A stretch of DNA of 63,888 nucleotides, the filler included, from Peribolospora baueri (lineage: Eukaryota): NCBI GenBank assembly GCA_029717555.1. It is 4 parts of 4 records of this genome, joined end to end, with 100 filler letters (N's around TTAATTAATTAA, not from the genome) between each part and the next. Parts side by side here need not be neighbours in the genome. Positions count along the whole stretch, not along the records: positions 1 to 21,741 come from JAMDHS010000156.1; positions 21,842 to 43,402 come from JAMDHS010000157.1; 2 more parts are not named here. One strand, given 5' to 3'. Shown piece by piece: positions 11,904 through 24,799 of the stretch (positions within the stretch are counted from its first letter, which is position 1; the number at the start of each line of letters is the position of its first letter). Under the pieces are notes generated by a model. It did not search any database and was not told the DNA's origin. It saw only the letters and a list, made by a program, of their open reading frames with translations. The position numbers and the translations under genes are program-made.

Positions 11904-12988
11904 GGTGTAAGGCTTGGAGGGGGGAGGGGGCTGTTATCGGTGGGAAGGATGCGCAAATGGGAGGTAGAGACAGACGGAATACAAGATCAGGAAGAGATAT
12001 ACGAAAAACCCTGAGACGAACGGGTCCGGTGCGGTCCGAGGTATATGGAGTGTAACGAGCGACGCGGGGTGTTGGAAGAGCGCTGGCTGGCTCAAGCAAT
12101 GAGAGCGGGGGCGTGGGAGGCGAAGGAAAAGAAAGAAAGAAAGAGCAAGGGCATGACAAAGCGGCGCATCGCAACGAGAGAGATGCGGGCGAGAAGAAAG
12201 AAAAAGGAGGACGAAGAGGAGGGTGGTGGTGGTGGTGGGAGGGAGAATGGATGGGATGGATCGCCGGACAGATATTCGGGCTAGCGTGTGGCATGCGCGT
12301 GCGTGGGTAGGATAGTAGCATACTCCTGTACACGAGCAGCGACCGACATGCACATATATTCGCACGCGTCGCATAAGCGGGGTGCGCCTATGGCCGCGCA
12401 TCACCGCCTGGCGATTGCCGCAGTCAAAGCGAGCTCGGGCCGGTGTCGAGAAAGAGAGACGATCTGATCAAACGCAACGTCGCGCGACAGGCGCAAGGAC
12501 AGGACTGACAAGCGGTGGTGGTGGTGGAGAGAGACAGGCAGACAAGACGAGACAAGACAAGACAGGCGGACAGCACGGGAGAAGCCAGGCAACACCCCTT
12601 TACCCTCGTCGTCCCCTTCCCCTTCCACCGCTCTTACGCCACCGCCTACTCATCGTTCTCGCTCGGCCTCCGGGGCCGCCGTCGTTGGATCCAGAAAGAA
12701 CGTCGGGCGAACGGACGGACGACAGACGGACAGACGGACGGACGGACGGACGGAGAGACGCACAGACGCACAGACAGAAGTGCGACGACACAGACGAGGG
12801 ACGGCGGCGATCAGGACTGGACAAGACGAAGGAACGAGCGAAGGAACGAACGAGGCCAAGGAACACCTCGCACTTTGATACAGCATCGACACCCCCGACG
12901 ACGCATTCGGAGGTCCCCCTGACTCCCCTCTGTCCCTCCCGGTCTGCGCTGGCGCCTCTGCCTTCCGGGCGAGCGCCGCCTTCCGAAC

Positions 12989-14692
12989 ATGGTGCAATAC
13001 TTCCAGGACAGCGTCTTGCACAAGTGAGCGTCCCATCCTCTTTCTCTCCCACGCCGCACCTGTCGCCGCCGCTCTCTATAGCAGGCCATTTGGCCTGGCC
13101 GAGCTCCAAGGCTCTCGTGACTTCCGATCGTATGCGCTGACACCTCTTCCCCTGCCCTCGTCCGACGATAGCGACCCGTTCCACGCCGTCTTCCTTTCCT
13201 TCTTCCTCCGCTACCCTAACCCACACTCGTCCCACGTCATCTCCGTCGACGTCCTCTCTCGTCATCTCGACCCCAACACCGGGCGCCTCTTCACCCGCCG
13301 CCTGCTCCTCAAGCGAGGCTCCTTGCCCAAATGGGCTCCCAAGGGCATCATGGCCAGAGCGGAGAGTTGGGTGTTGGAGGACAGCGAGGTGGACGTCCAA
13401 GGACGGGTAATGAGGCACTGGTCGAGGAATTTGGATCACAGGAAGGTCTTGGAGGTCGGCGAGGGTCAGGAGTTTTACGCCGTTGACGATCGGTGAGTCC
13501 TGCGCCGCGACCGAACCCGGACGCAGCTTCGACCGACCCCTCCCATCTGAATAATTCATCTGTTTCCCCTCCCCTTTTAACCTCTTTACGCAGGAACACG
13601 CGGTGCCTCACCACCGGCCGCATCATCTCCCGCCTCGGCTGGGGACTCACGAATCGGGTCGAAAAGTTCGGCATCACCAGATTCGCCGCACACGTCGAGA
13701 AGGTGAGCCGGACTGCCTTGAGCCGCCCATCCTCGTCCATTTGACCTCTCCTTGGGCGGCGGTCGGACGAGTTGGGTCAGACTGTCCTTTGTGAGAGGTA
13801 TCCGTCTTTGGCGACGGCCAGCGTCGGACATTCTGACGAACCAACCCATCTGTCCCCTCTCGCCATCCGTTCGGCGAAATAGTCTCGACAAGGCCTGAAC
13901 CTCGTCTTGAGCCACCTCCGAGACCACCTCGCCACTCATCCCCCCACAGAGCGTCTCCGCCAAGCCGCCCCCTTCGCGCACGCCTTCGGAATCACCCATC
14001 AACCGGGAGAGGAGGAAGACGAAGATGCGGGGAGAACGTGGGAGAACGCGGCGCGGACGACCAACGAGCGCGGAGACGAGGCCTATCCGATCGCCACACC
14101 GTCTTCCTCTTCCCACGGTGAAATGCCGATACCGCAACCCACACCCAACTCGCCGACCCTCACGCCCCTCCGCTCCCTCCTCGAAGAGCGAGTGGCGCTG
14201 ATAGCCCAAGCGGAGGCAGAAGCGGCGCTGGAGCGAGAGCGCAGTGCCGCGCGAGCTCGGTTCAGAGACCTGCCCGCTGCCGTCTTGGCCCCGTCTTTGG
14301 ACGGCGGGAGTTTACCGAGGAAGAAGGGGTGGAGTGAGAGGATGAGGGAGCGGGCACGAGAGTGGAGGGAGTGGGGTGAGCAAAAGTTGGGCGCGTATAG
14401 AACATGGTGGATGTCCGCTAGGGGGGAGAGCGGTTTTGGAGCGTCGACGTCGGCGCCGTCCTCGGCGTCGACCTCAGAGGACGAGGCGATGGAAAAGGAG
14501 GAGGAAGAGGAGGCGGAGGGATCGGTGTCGATGGATAGCGGCGGCCTCAACTTGCGAGGTTGGAGTCGCGGTGTCGGAGAGACCAGGCGTGGTGGAAGAG
14601 CACGCGGGGAACGAGGGAGGACGTGGGAAGAGGAAGAAAGGGAGCGAAGACGAATAGAGGCGGAGGAGAAGGCGAGGCAGAGGCAGGTTTGA
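12989..14692 (+). CDS. UPS1: PRELI/MSF1-domain mitochondrial lipid-transfer protein with long C-terminal extension
   Basis: ATG 12989, intron 13024-13171, then FFLRYPNPHSSHVISVDVLSR...TRRLLLKRGSLPKWAPKG...SWVLEDSEVD...SRNLDHRKVLEV and GWGLTNRVEKFGITRF, the Ups1-type PRELI signature. Confidence 0.85.
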
Positions 14693-14960
14693 TCTACCGC
14701 TCGCGGCTTCTCTAACCTTGCGCCGTGTCCTATGTATTAATTTAAAAGTCTCCCCTGCGATGGAGAATCACCACCACTCTTGCTCTCGAAAGCCCTTTTC
14801 AAGGGTGCCATATGCGTCCCGGTCAAAACGAGCGGGCACGTTCCGATACAAAATCTCGCTGGGCATCCATCCGCGGCTGCCAGTGAGCGAAGTAATGTCT
14901 AGCTTCTCTCACGATTCCTGCCACCGATGGTTCGGCCGGAACACCCCGACTGACATACGA

Positions 14961-16653
14961 TTACATCCATCTCCTCCCTTGCTGATCCGACGTGTCCGTC
15001 CTCGTCGGCACATCATCTCCGTCATCAACGCCCTCCTTATCACCGTCAACGGGAAGCACTTGCCTCGCCAGCGGACTCGTGGGTCTCGTAGGCATGTGCC
15101 TCTGCATGCTCGGACTTGGCGGAGCCTGCGCGCCATCGCTCGGAGGGGGCGACGAAGCCGGGGCTGGACTTGAGCCCGATCCAGTCAACTGGAAGCCGCC
15201 GTTCGACCGAGGACTGTGGCGCTCCGTGCTGGGAGCCCATGGCCGGTGGTGTGGGAGGTGTTCAGAGGAGGAGCGCAGGCCGACACGGCCGACCATCAGA
15301 CCGAGGCCGGGCGAGCCTCTCCGACCAGAGACGATGTCGTATGCTCGCGGCGAGACTGCCCCTCCTGGAGAGTAAGGATAGTAGCCAGGTGATTCGCTGG
15401 CGGAATAAGGCATGTTGGTACCAGTGGATATAGACCGCACACCATTCAATGCCAGTTCCGGTAGAACGTCATCCTCCTCTTCCTCCTCTTCGCCCCTGTC
15501 GACGAGAGGAGGAAGCGGTGCAGAGACGGTTCGATTGAAAAGGACCGGCGCGGCCAGTGTCGGGACGTTGAGAGAAGAAGACGGATCAAGCACATCTGGC
15601 TCCAGCAGTTCGGCCTCTTGCAACGCCTGGCGAAGTGCATGACCAGTGTCGTCGATCGAGCGTAAGAAGCGAAGAAGCTCCTTGCAAAGCTGATGGAATA
15701 GGAACATAGATGTCGTCGTGAGCACAGGCCGTATCTATGAGCTGGCTTGAGAAGTGCACTCACAGTCCAATCCTGCGTCTCCATGGCTCGTTGAAGCAAG
15801 CGAGCAGTGCGCTGCAATATTCGGTTGTAGAGGGTCAAATTACGGCTCAAGCTTCAACAACTCCCTAAGCAGGACTCTTCAGAGAGCTGGGTTCGCACCT
15901 TGCTGCTTTCATCCAGCTGCTCAAGGTTATGAAGCACCAAGAGGTACGACGCAGCCGTTTTGAGCTGGTTGGCTTCAAGACATTGCTGCGCCATCAAAGT
16001 CAAATGTCAAACACGGATAAAAAGAAAGGATAAAAAGAAATTGCTCAGTGCAAAACGTCTCTCTCCACCCTCCTTTTCTGTGACCCACCTCAAAGAGATC
16101 CTTAGGCTTGCCAACCACGTCAAACAAGTACGCCCACCGCGCCACCTCAGTCTTGCGGGCACAACCGACGACGACCTGCCGGGATTGGACAAAGTGGTCG
16201 AGAAACTCGACGACTCGGGGAAGCACGGCATGCGGACCCCATGGGGTTGTCGATTGCTGCTGCTCCGCTCCCGGCCCTCCGTCAGCCGAGCGCTCGTGTC
16301 CGTTGGTCTTTGCATCGGCCACCGTCCCGCCGTCGGCTGGTTCGTCTTGTTCGACGATAGATCCCGACGAGATCTCGCGACGGATGATGCCGCCCTTCTC
16401 CAGCCGTGCGTATTCACTGTTGCCGTATCCTGCGTCGGCCTCATCTTCCAGAACAGCATGGAGAAGAATCTCGAGCGCGTGTGCGAAGTAGACGAGAGCC
16501 TCGTAGTGAGATGCGAATAGAACGGCCTCTCGGACTTGCGAGCACTCCAGGTGGTAACGGAGGACGTGGTGGAGGAAAAGGTGGGTCTACGTCCGGAAGG
16601 AAAGAGAAATAGTTGACAGCTTCCGGATGGGAAAGGACAATGCAAGGGAAGGC

Positions 16654-16684
<31 letters not shown>

Positions 16685-19600
16685 ACGTTTGTATTCGTCC
16701 GGAAAGTGGCGAAGTCGAGCGACCTACGGATAGAAATCTCTGGATCGACGCCGATGATGATACCCTTGTCCATCAAGACGCCTGGAAGCGAAAGTGACGA
16801 GCGCCGTCAGTTTGCTTGGCAACTGCCATATACGCCTACCCGTAGATTCCCACTTACACAGAGGGTAAAAGTCCAAGGGGATGTTTAAACTCTCCTCGAT
16901 CGTCTCGTACGCATCAAAGGCGTCCACCTTTGCGGTCTCAATGGTGAGCGCGTCCAGCCAGACCTTTATGCCGTGTCCGTCGTAGCCCCAGAGCGAGTTC
17001 TCGAGGGTACCGATGCCTTGAAGGTGCGTCCAGTAGTATTCGATCTTGTCGGCTAGGATCTGCATATCGTATTTCACTTCTTCTTTGGCGGACTGAAGAA
17101 GGGAGAGCAACTAGTTAGTGAGCAGCGGTGTCCTGATGTGCGCATCAAAATATGTTATACAGGTAAGAACCCACTCTGCGAGGCCTGAGGAGGACAAGCT
17201 TGCCGTCAATCAGGAAGATGATTGTCGCCACAGCAAGATCATCGACCGGATCGCCAAACCCTGAACGCGAAGCGACGAACTCAATAGCGTTAGCGCCAGA
17301 GGCAGGCCCATCAGAGGGCGTCCGGGAACAGCGAGAAGACTCACGCTGCTGGGCAGGGGGAATCATCCAGCTCATGCCCCTAACTCTGGCGGGCGACCCG
17401 ACAACGCCGTCGAACGTGATGCTGCCGCACAGCCTCAACTTGATAGTATCGGCGGTGGGTACGATCAGGTAATGGTAGAAAGTGTTGTCGGCCGTATAGA
17501 CGAGAAGCGAGTTGTCGAAGAGGGAGGTCAGGATGATGGAGCTAGGAAGCGTCTCGAGGTGGAGGATGGATGAATTATCAAGATCGAGGTCGCGGGAATA
17601 TAGTCGTATCTGGTGCTGGCCATTGGCTTCGACGGCGGCGACAAGGACGTGTTGGAACCACTGCAAGCCGCCGCGGACGTAAAAGCCGTTCTCCTGCTGC
17701 TCGTTCGTGAACAGCTTCCAATGACCCGAGACAGCGCTGTAATGAGTCAGGCCATGACGACCGGCGACAGCGATCAGACCCCCGTCAGAGCTAATAGCGG
17801 CGTAGCGGATAGGCCAATGTTGAGCGATGTAGACTTTGGGTATCTGCAAAGACGAGCGCTCTCAATGATCATCGACTGTCTACGGGTCTGTCCCCGCGAT
17901 CACGAACCTACGATACTCACTTTGATGTGATGCCAGACGTCGGACTCCGGATCAATAATGCTCATATCTGGCTGATCTGCGCCGCGATAAACGAGTACGC
18001 GGTCCTCGAGTTGGATGAACGCATATTGCGTGTTATCCTGTCCGTCGAACCGAAACAGCATCAGCGACGTCGGACGCGGTTCGGTATCTGTATTGGCACA
18101 AGATCCTTACCGGCGAGTGCTGCCCAGCAACAGCGCTCTTGGCAAAGGGTATACAGAAGAGCTGGGAATCTATATTCGATTGAGTCGTCCACCTGTCAGC
18201 CATGAATCTTCTGCGACAGCATTGCGAGAGACACATGACAGACCTGGATCGGTGAAGCCCTCCTTTTGTAATCGCAACACAACAAGCTCATTGTTTCCGG
18301 GTATCCAAAACTAGAACCAAGAACAAATCAGCTCGCGCGCTAGTCCATGTAAGGAAGAGGAAGAGGCTTACAAGATTCTTGATGCCGAACATGAATACGT
18401 CTTTGAAAGAGCCCGACCTGAGCGCGGCATGTGAGGCGAGAGCAAGATACCGATGAGAATGTCCTTGAGCAGCCAGTAAGCGGCCCAAAACACTCACACT
18501 TCGGCCCCCAAATCCTCCCTCAAGCTGCACCCCATGAGTTTTCCAAAAGCGCTCCATGTTGCCCATCCCTTCTCCCACCCTACGGCCAACGCAAAACCGT
18601 CGCTTGTCCATGCAAGACTCCGAACTGGACCGGTGTTGAGATAGGAAGCGGTGGATTTAAGCGCTTGTCGAACGGAAAGGACGTGGGAGAATGGCGGAGG
18701 TGCGAAGGGGGAGCGATACGTGTAGACGTTGATTGTTCCGCTATAGCCGAGGGTCGTGGGGAAGGGGGTAACCGGAAGGGGGAGGGGAGTGTAAGCGTTG
18801 GTTGCTGCGCACAAGTATGCATGCACGGCGTAAGAGGCGGATGAATTCACTCACTCCTGCAGACCCACAGCGATGAGCGAGAGTCTGGCATTCGCGGCAA
18901 TGACTGCTCCTCTTTTCGTGGGCGGCAGCTCGCCGGTCTGCCTATCTACCTCGCCAGGCACTGCAGTAGAAAGGGATGAGGTGGATCCAGCTGCCGGCGT
19001 AGAAGCGCCGCTGCTGTTGGCCGGACGAAGGCCATGAAAGCAGTAGCCTTTCCAGATAGCTGTCTATACGGAGGTGAACGAATGGTGCCACCGTAAGCGA
19101 GCGACATCGTAAGCGAGCGACATCGTAAGCGAGCGACATCGGCGAGGATGACAAGTCGGACCACAGAAACACACTTGGGCATCTACCCTGAACGTTACGA
19201 AGTATGCTTTCCCGTCCGAAGCGAGCCACACGAACAAGTCAGTGGGGCGATCGTGGACGATGCTGACGACAGTCACGGAGGCTGGAAGACGAGAGAAAAA
19301 GCAAGATGAACACCGAGGGTTATTGATGACAGCAACAAGAAGGGAAACAAAGTCTCACAGCTTCCCCTTTCCAGCCACGACAATCTCGATAGAAGGTTCG
19401 TCCGAGCAGGCTCGCCCGTTCGCCATGGGATGCACTGAACAGCCGGCGGGCTCCGGGTGGAAACAATCAGGTAGTCGTCCGTAGCCAGAGAGCTGATTTA
19501 ATTGTAACAATAAGATCAAATGAGAAGAGGTACCTGCATCCTTGGGAGAGCTGTCCTGAGCTCACCACTCTAGTCCGGCATCGATCTTGATGACGAGGCG

Positions 19601-20233
19601 AAAACTGAGAAGATAAGTCGCTGTTTGGTCGCCCTCGCCCGACCCTGCTGAGAAGGAAGCAGTGGCGGCTGGTGGTAGGGCGCTGTGCGTGTACACTGGA
19701 GCGGTACGGGAAACCGTAAGAGTGTAGGTGATAAGGAAGCCTGAGGTCGTCTGTGGAAGGGAGACAGAGGGAAGACGAGAAGGTCAGGGACCCTCTATGT
19801 CTCAACAGTCGGTTGAAATCAGCTGGAACCTCACCTCGATCACAATGACAGAGGCGTCCGGCTTCCATTGTACGCGGACGTTGGTGCCGTACTCTTCGAC
19901 GGAGCGGACGGTGCGTCTGAGCTTGGCGACGACGTTCATCGGCTGCCCACAGGCGTGATCGAGTTGAGCAATGAATTGAGTTTCACTTCGAGCTGAGCGG
20001 GGGCTGCCTGGAACCTCTGACCAGGGCAAAACACTCACCCGTATGGTCCACACCGCGAGCTCGTCTCTGGTGATGGTGACGAACATTGTCCCATTCTTGC
20101 TCCGCTTGGCCTCGAGCACCTCGTACTCTGCGCTCTGCTCCGCGGGCGGGAAGCGCTGCACCGAGTACGGCGGCGGGCGGGCGATGGAGGAGGTGGTGGA
20201 GAGCACCCGGGCAGAGCCGGTGGGCCAGTACAT
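14961..20233 (-). CDS. RIC1: Ric1 subunit of the Ric1-Rgp1 Rab6/Ypt6 GEF, multi-exon
   Basis: MYWPTG start, WTSDGFALAVGWEKGWATWS, WHHIKIPKVYIAQHWPIRYAAISSDGGLIAVAGRHGLTHYS, IEYYW, LDFYPL, VVVGCARKTEVARWAYLFDVVGKPKDLFE, LCKELLRFL. Confidence 0.92.
19092..19139. repeat. 16-bp perfect tandem repeat x3 (CGTAAGCGAGCGACAT) in a RIC1 intron
   Basis: Three exact copies read directly. Confidence 0.9.
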
Positions 20234-20811
20234 CTGTGTAGATCAGGGCGCAAGGTGACTGCGATGCGTGGTGGTCCGTCCTCGACGAACACCGTTGCTC
20301 ATTATCGTGCCATACTACGTCCAACTCCTTCTCGCAATGGCTTGAGCGAGCGTGCCGTGCACGTGATATGGAACGCCGCAGTCGCGCACTCGGCTGGCCC
20401 TGGCAATACCAGCTCCATCCCCTCCTCGTCCATCGGCAAGCGCTCGTCTATTTTGTGGTCATGATCACACATGCACTTTGGCACGCCGATGCATGGGATG
20501 CTTGCACCGCGTTCCTGCATGTGTTGTCTTTGGCGCACCGCTTTCATTGGACGACTCTTGTCCTCGACGCCGACGCAAACGACGCGCGCTGATCATCAAA
20601 GCTTTTCTTCGCGATTGGGTCTCCCTAACCGCATCTGGGTGAACAGAACGCGGACATCGTTTTCAATGTCTCACGCCCCATTCCGCTTTTGATGGAGTGC
20701 CACCTTTCTTCTAGTCTCTATAAATGGTTCGTTTCCCTGTTGAACCTTCGCTCTCGACCTCCCTCGTTTCTTCCCTTTCTCCAACGCCTGATTCGATTCG
20801 AACCATTCCAG

Positions 20812-21741
20812 ATGAAGACAGCCGCCATCCTCTTTGCCTTTGTTGCCTCGTCCGCCGCTGCGCCGGCTGTGCAGACTCCCGGCAACCGCCGCCAATTGCC
20901 TCTGCCGTTCATCAACGGTGCTATGCCTCTCCCCGGTTTTGCGAACCCTCTCACTGGCGGTGTGGAGGATGTGGAACCTCCCGCCTTAGAGAGCGCGGAC
21001 CCTGCCATCTGGAGGGGCGGCGACTCCACCTTGGAGGCCAAGAACTCTAACAAAGCCACCGCAATCTCGAACCCTAAGGTGGGTTAGGGACGGCCAGCGC
21101 TTTCCTTGCTGGCAACCTATCGCCCTGACGTACCCTGCCCCCTCCCCGATTCATATACCATTCATAGCAAAATACGAAAGTTAAGGTCAAAGTCATCAAT
21201 CAGATAGCCCCAGTACTCCCAGTTTTCACCGGCCACACGTCGTGGCTTGCCGACGATGACGTTCCCGACATGTCGTTCGCATCCCTTACGGGAGACTACT
21301 TCTTTCCCGCCGGTTTTGTGTCCAAGCACCCGTCCAGGCGTCCTCCGAACAGGGAGGCTGCCCACGAGATGCATCGGGAGGCCCATGGGGAGACTGCTGA
21401 GAAGAAGGCCAACCGTCCGACCCAAATTCACAATATGTTCCTCGGCTCGGGCAACCAACAATCCGATTTTTCGGGCGATGGCAATGACAAGGGTAACAAG
21501 TCGGGCAACGCTGCTGCTGATCAGCTGGTGGGTCTCCTCTGCCCCCTGCTCTTCAGTCCGGTTCTAACGCAGCTCACGTAGTTTCTTCCCGCTTCTGTTG
21601 CCTCGCAGGCTAATGGTAGCCGGGGCGGTTTCGGCGGTTACGGCCAGAACGCCGCTGCCGGCCAAAGCGAGGGTGGCGGTGTGGGCTCTGGCTCGGGCGT
21701 CGCTGCTGGCGGTAATGGTGGCCATGGGGGCATGGGAGGCT
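20812..21741 (+). CDS. Secreted Gly/Asn-rich protein, truncated at contig end
   Basis: TATAAA near 20719. Signal peptide MKTAAILFAFVASSAAAP, dibasic RR site, two GT-AG introns, Gly-rich last exon running into the linker. Confidence 0.7.
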
Positions 21742-21841
21742 NNNNNNNNNNNNNNNNNNNNNNNNNNNNNNNNNNNNNNNNNNNNTTAATTAATTAANNN
21801 NNNNNNNNNNNNNNNNNNNNNNNNNNNNNNNNNNNNNNNNN
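21742..21841. other. Artificial contig linker N44-TTAATTAATTAA-N44
   Basis: Six-frame stop spacer flanked by Ns, identical at three sites. Confidence 0.98.
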
Positions 21842-21844
21842 TGT

Positions 21845-21905
<61 letters not shown>

Positions 21906-21964
21906 CTCGTCTCTCTATTTTTCTCTCTTCTTCGACTACCGGGCCTTCATTTATCTACTCCCAG

Positions 21965-22658
21965 TCCTCCTCCTCCATCACGTCTGATTCCTCCACGGAC
22001 GCCTCTTCCTCCGAGGGCTTTCCCGCCCCGCGCCTTCCGCCTTCTCTTCTCCCTTCCACCTCCAAGACTGCCGTTAGCGCTGTGACGACGGAAAATGACG
22101 AAGAAGCGAGCAGACGAAAGGAAGAAGCTCGAATTGCGAAAGCAAAAGCGAGGGAGCGAAGGAGGGAAGCAAAGGCCAACGATTTCAGGGCGTATTATAT
22201 GAGACAGATCACTGACGCCTTTGGGGATGATCTTGACGAGATGAGGAAGGTGAGCCACTCCGTTGAACATTCCATCCTCCGGCTGCCATTCAACACTCCA
22301 TCGTTTGGCCGTTATCTCACATCTCCATTCTGTTCGCCTACAGCGAGAACCCATGCTTCCGACGACGTCCCGCCTTCCCCTCCTGATCGACGCGCTAGCC
22401 TCGGGCGTCGACATCTTCTCCACCGACGCGCTGACGTCGTACACTTCATCCAGACGACGAGAAGAAGCGCTCGGTCGGGAGGCGGCGGTGGCCGGACTGT
22501 TCTCGCGGCCGGAGTCGGGGAGGGGGCTAGGGGAGCAGGGGACAGGGAAGGAAATGGAGGTGGACGAAGAGGGGAACGAAGAGAGGAAGAGCGAGGACGA
22601 GGACATGGATGGCAGGGACGGCGAAGTGGGCATAGTTTTGGCTACGTTGGATCGTTAA
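21965..22658 (+). CDS. RSA3: Ribosome assembly protein Rsa3-like, 5' end missing
   Basis: Ser-rich stretch, then FRAYYMRQITDAFGDDLDEMRK|REP...RLPLLIDALASGVDIF (intron 22250-22343), which matches the Rsa3 domain pattern. Confidence 0.75.
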
Positions 22659-23179
22659 CGAGTTGAGGAATTGGATGGCGCGTCTGCAAACTCTAACGTT
22701 CGTCCTCCGAGTGGCCTTTGCATGGAGACCTCAACCCGCCGGCCACACAGAGACGCATGCGCACGGACGGGTCCAGCGTCTGTGGACACTGACGTATCCA
22801 TCGCTCGCTCATGACGACCCTAACCCTACTTCCATCGCTCTCGCGGGGATTCTCATTGTTTCGCAGAAGCGGTGCTGCATAGATGTTGAACTGCCCGTGT
22901 CTGATGCGGAGACCGGCGATCAAACGAGGCACACAGCTCTCCGTCGACGTTTGCCATCGTTCTTCTCGTCGGGTTCGTAACACGTCTGGATGAGGGGGGT
23001 GGACGACGGAGCGACAGTGACACTGGACTACTGACGAGAGGCGACCCTGGACCATGGACGACACTGGCGAGCGAGCCATATATATAATATTCAAAAATTG
23101 ATGTGTACTGTAGAGATATCCGGGATGCTCGCACCGGCGCGGTCTAGTTGACGTCAGACCCAAGCCAGTTGTCCGCGGC

Positions 23180-24511
23180 ATGACAATTGCGTCCGCAGTA
23201 ACGTTCGACGCTGTTTGGCCTGGACGTTGTTTGCGCTGGAGTCGCCGACGCTTGCACTCTCTACCATCGTGCACACACACCTCGCAGCTGTCCTTGCCCG
23301 CTATCAGCATCCCCGCCTCATCAAAGCAGTCCGGTCCGCGTCCTCCCGCGGTCGCCACCACAGCATCCCGTCCGTTTTTCACCGCACCCGTCTTCTCCGC
23401 AATCATGAACTTCGAGGGGCCCTTCTTCGCCTTCCGTCTCGCCAATCCAGAGCTGGGCCTGGCCGGCCGGTTTATTGAAATCACCTCCCCAGCCGCGTTC
23501 CATACCGACGGTGTCGCCCCTTCTGCCTCCCGCGGTGTCCGTCGAGGCCGTGGTTCCGGCGGCCCCAAAGCGCGCGGTCGCGGTCGCGGTCGCGCCGGAC
23601 TCCCGGCTGGCAGCCTTGCCTCTGGTCACCACCCCGTCCATCGCGGACCGACGTTGGAGATGATCGATGCGGAAATTCACGAGCATTATAGGATCGCCAG
23701 TTTGCTCAACCCCGCTCACGACGCTCAGAGCCGCCCATCTTCGTCGGACACCCTACAAGACCCCTCTATCGGTCCTCCGGCAATCGCGAAAGACTGGACG
23801 ATGATGTCGATTTGCTCATCCATCGGCGGACCACCGCGTTCCATGTCGGACATCTCGATGAGGACCGTACCCCCAGGCTCTATATCCGACATCTCGATGA
23901 GGACAGCGACACCAGAGGCCACGTTCATCGTCGAAAACTCAACAGGGCCCAGCCCTTCCTCTATTTTTTCGACACGGGGGGCGGCGCAAATAGAAGGGAA
24001 TGGGGAGCCGGAGTGGACAACGTCAGAATCGGAGTCGGACTCAGAAGACAACGGCCGAACTGTTGTCGGCAACCAATCATGGAATGACATGGACGCTGAT
24101 GCGACCCCTTCTTCCACGATGGACTCCCTCAAGCTGCGTACAGAACCCGAACCCAAACTAGTTGCTTCGGCGCCCTCTCCAGTTGGCTTGGTTAGAGTAC
24201 GGGAGAGGAGGGGGAAGCGCAGGGGCCGCCAGCCGCTCAAGCCCCCGACAATCGAGTCCCAACCTTTGTGGACGTCATCAGAAGGGGAAGTTGCTCCCCT
24301 CAGGGACCTACCTACAGCGTCGAGAGGGAAGGTGGGCCGTGGGCGGGGTAGAGCTCGCAGTCGGGGAAAGGGTGCTCGGGCAGGCACCAAGAGACCGGCG
24401 AGGGCGGAAGCGAGGGCGGACACCAAAAGGCCACGATCGATGGACACAAGACTGGCAGACCTCTCTTTACACACGACTACGGAAGATGGCGAGGACGCTA
24501 ACCCGAGGTAA
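23180..24511 (+). CDS. Intronless orphan protein with RG-rich basic patches (start may be ATG 23405)
   Basis: 443-aa ORF, TATA-like ATATATATAAT at about 23077-23087, internal SDISMRT duplication, no recognisable domain. Confidence 0.5.
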   Translation: MTIASAVTFDAVWPGRCLRWSRRRLHSLPSCTHTSQLSLPAISIPASSKQSGPRPPAVATTASRPFFTAPVFSAIMNFEGPFFAFRLANPELGLAGRFIEITSPAAFHTDGVAPSASRGVRRGRGSGGPKARGRGRGRAGLPAGSLASGHHPVHRGPTLEMIDAEIHEHYRIASLLNPAHDAQSRPSSSDTLQDPSIGPPAIAKDWTMMSICSSIGGPPRSMSDISMRTVPPGSISDISMRTATPEATFIVENSTGPSPSSIFSTRGAAQIEGNGEPEWTTSESESDSEDNGRTVVGNQSWNDMDADATPSSTMDSLKLRTEPEPKLVASAPSPVGLVRVRERRGKRRGRQPLKPPTIESQPLWTSSEGEVAPLRDLPTASRGKVGRGRGRARSRGKGARAGTKRPARAEARADTKRPRSMDTRLADLSLHTTTEDGEDANPR

Positions 24512-24799
24512 TTCGCAAGCGTCCTCCTCCTTTGGAAGATCCTTCCCTTCGTTCATACCAGTCACCCGAGCTTTGTCTGCGCGCAAGTCACATATGAAGG
24601 ATTGAACTGCTGGCTGTACGCTCATCTGTATATGTTATATACCCCTCATGTGCTCACGGACTTTATGGGCTGTCTGTGCCCCCGAATGTGCCAAGTCGAA
24701 AAGAGCTCGCTATGGGAACAAAGTCATAAGACGTAAGACGAAGACGACACGGTAAAGGACAAGTGTTTATTCGAAGGGGACTGATAATACGTGAGCCTC

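Noticed and set aside
13082..13129. Possible in-frame 48-nt cassette exon in UPS1 intron 1
   Set aside because: The downstream intron would be only 42 nt and the insert would interrupt the PRELI fold; no support without RNA-seq.
19092..19139. Short direct repeats as a possible CRISPR-like array (also 38860-38911 and 61845-61905)
   Set aside because: Head-to-tail tandem repeats with no spacers, in a eukaryote with no cas genes.
22693..23568. Minus-strand ORF with CEVCVHDGREC, like half a Zn2Cys6 cluster
   Set aside because: Only three Cys, no first half, and antisense to a longer TATA-preceded ORF; probably chance.
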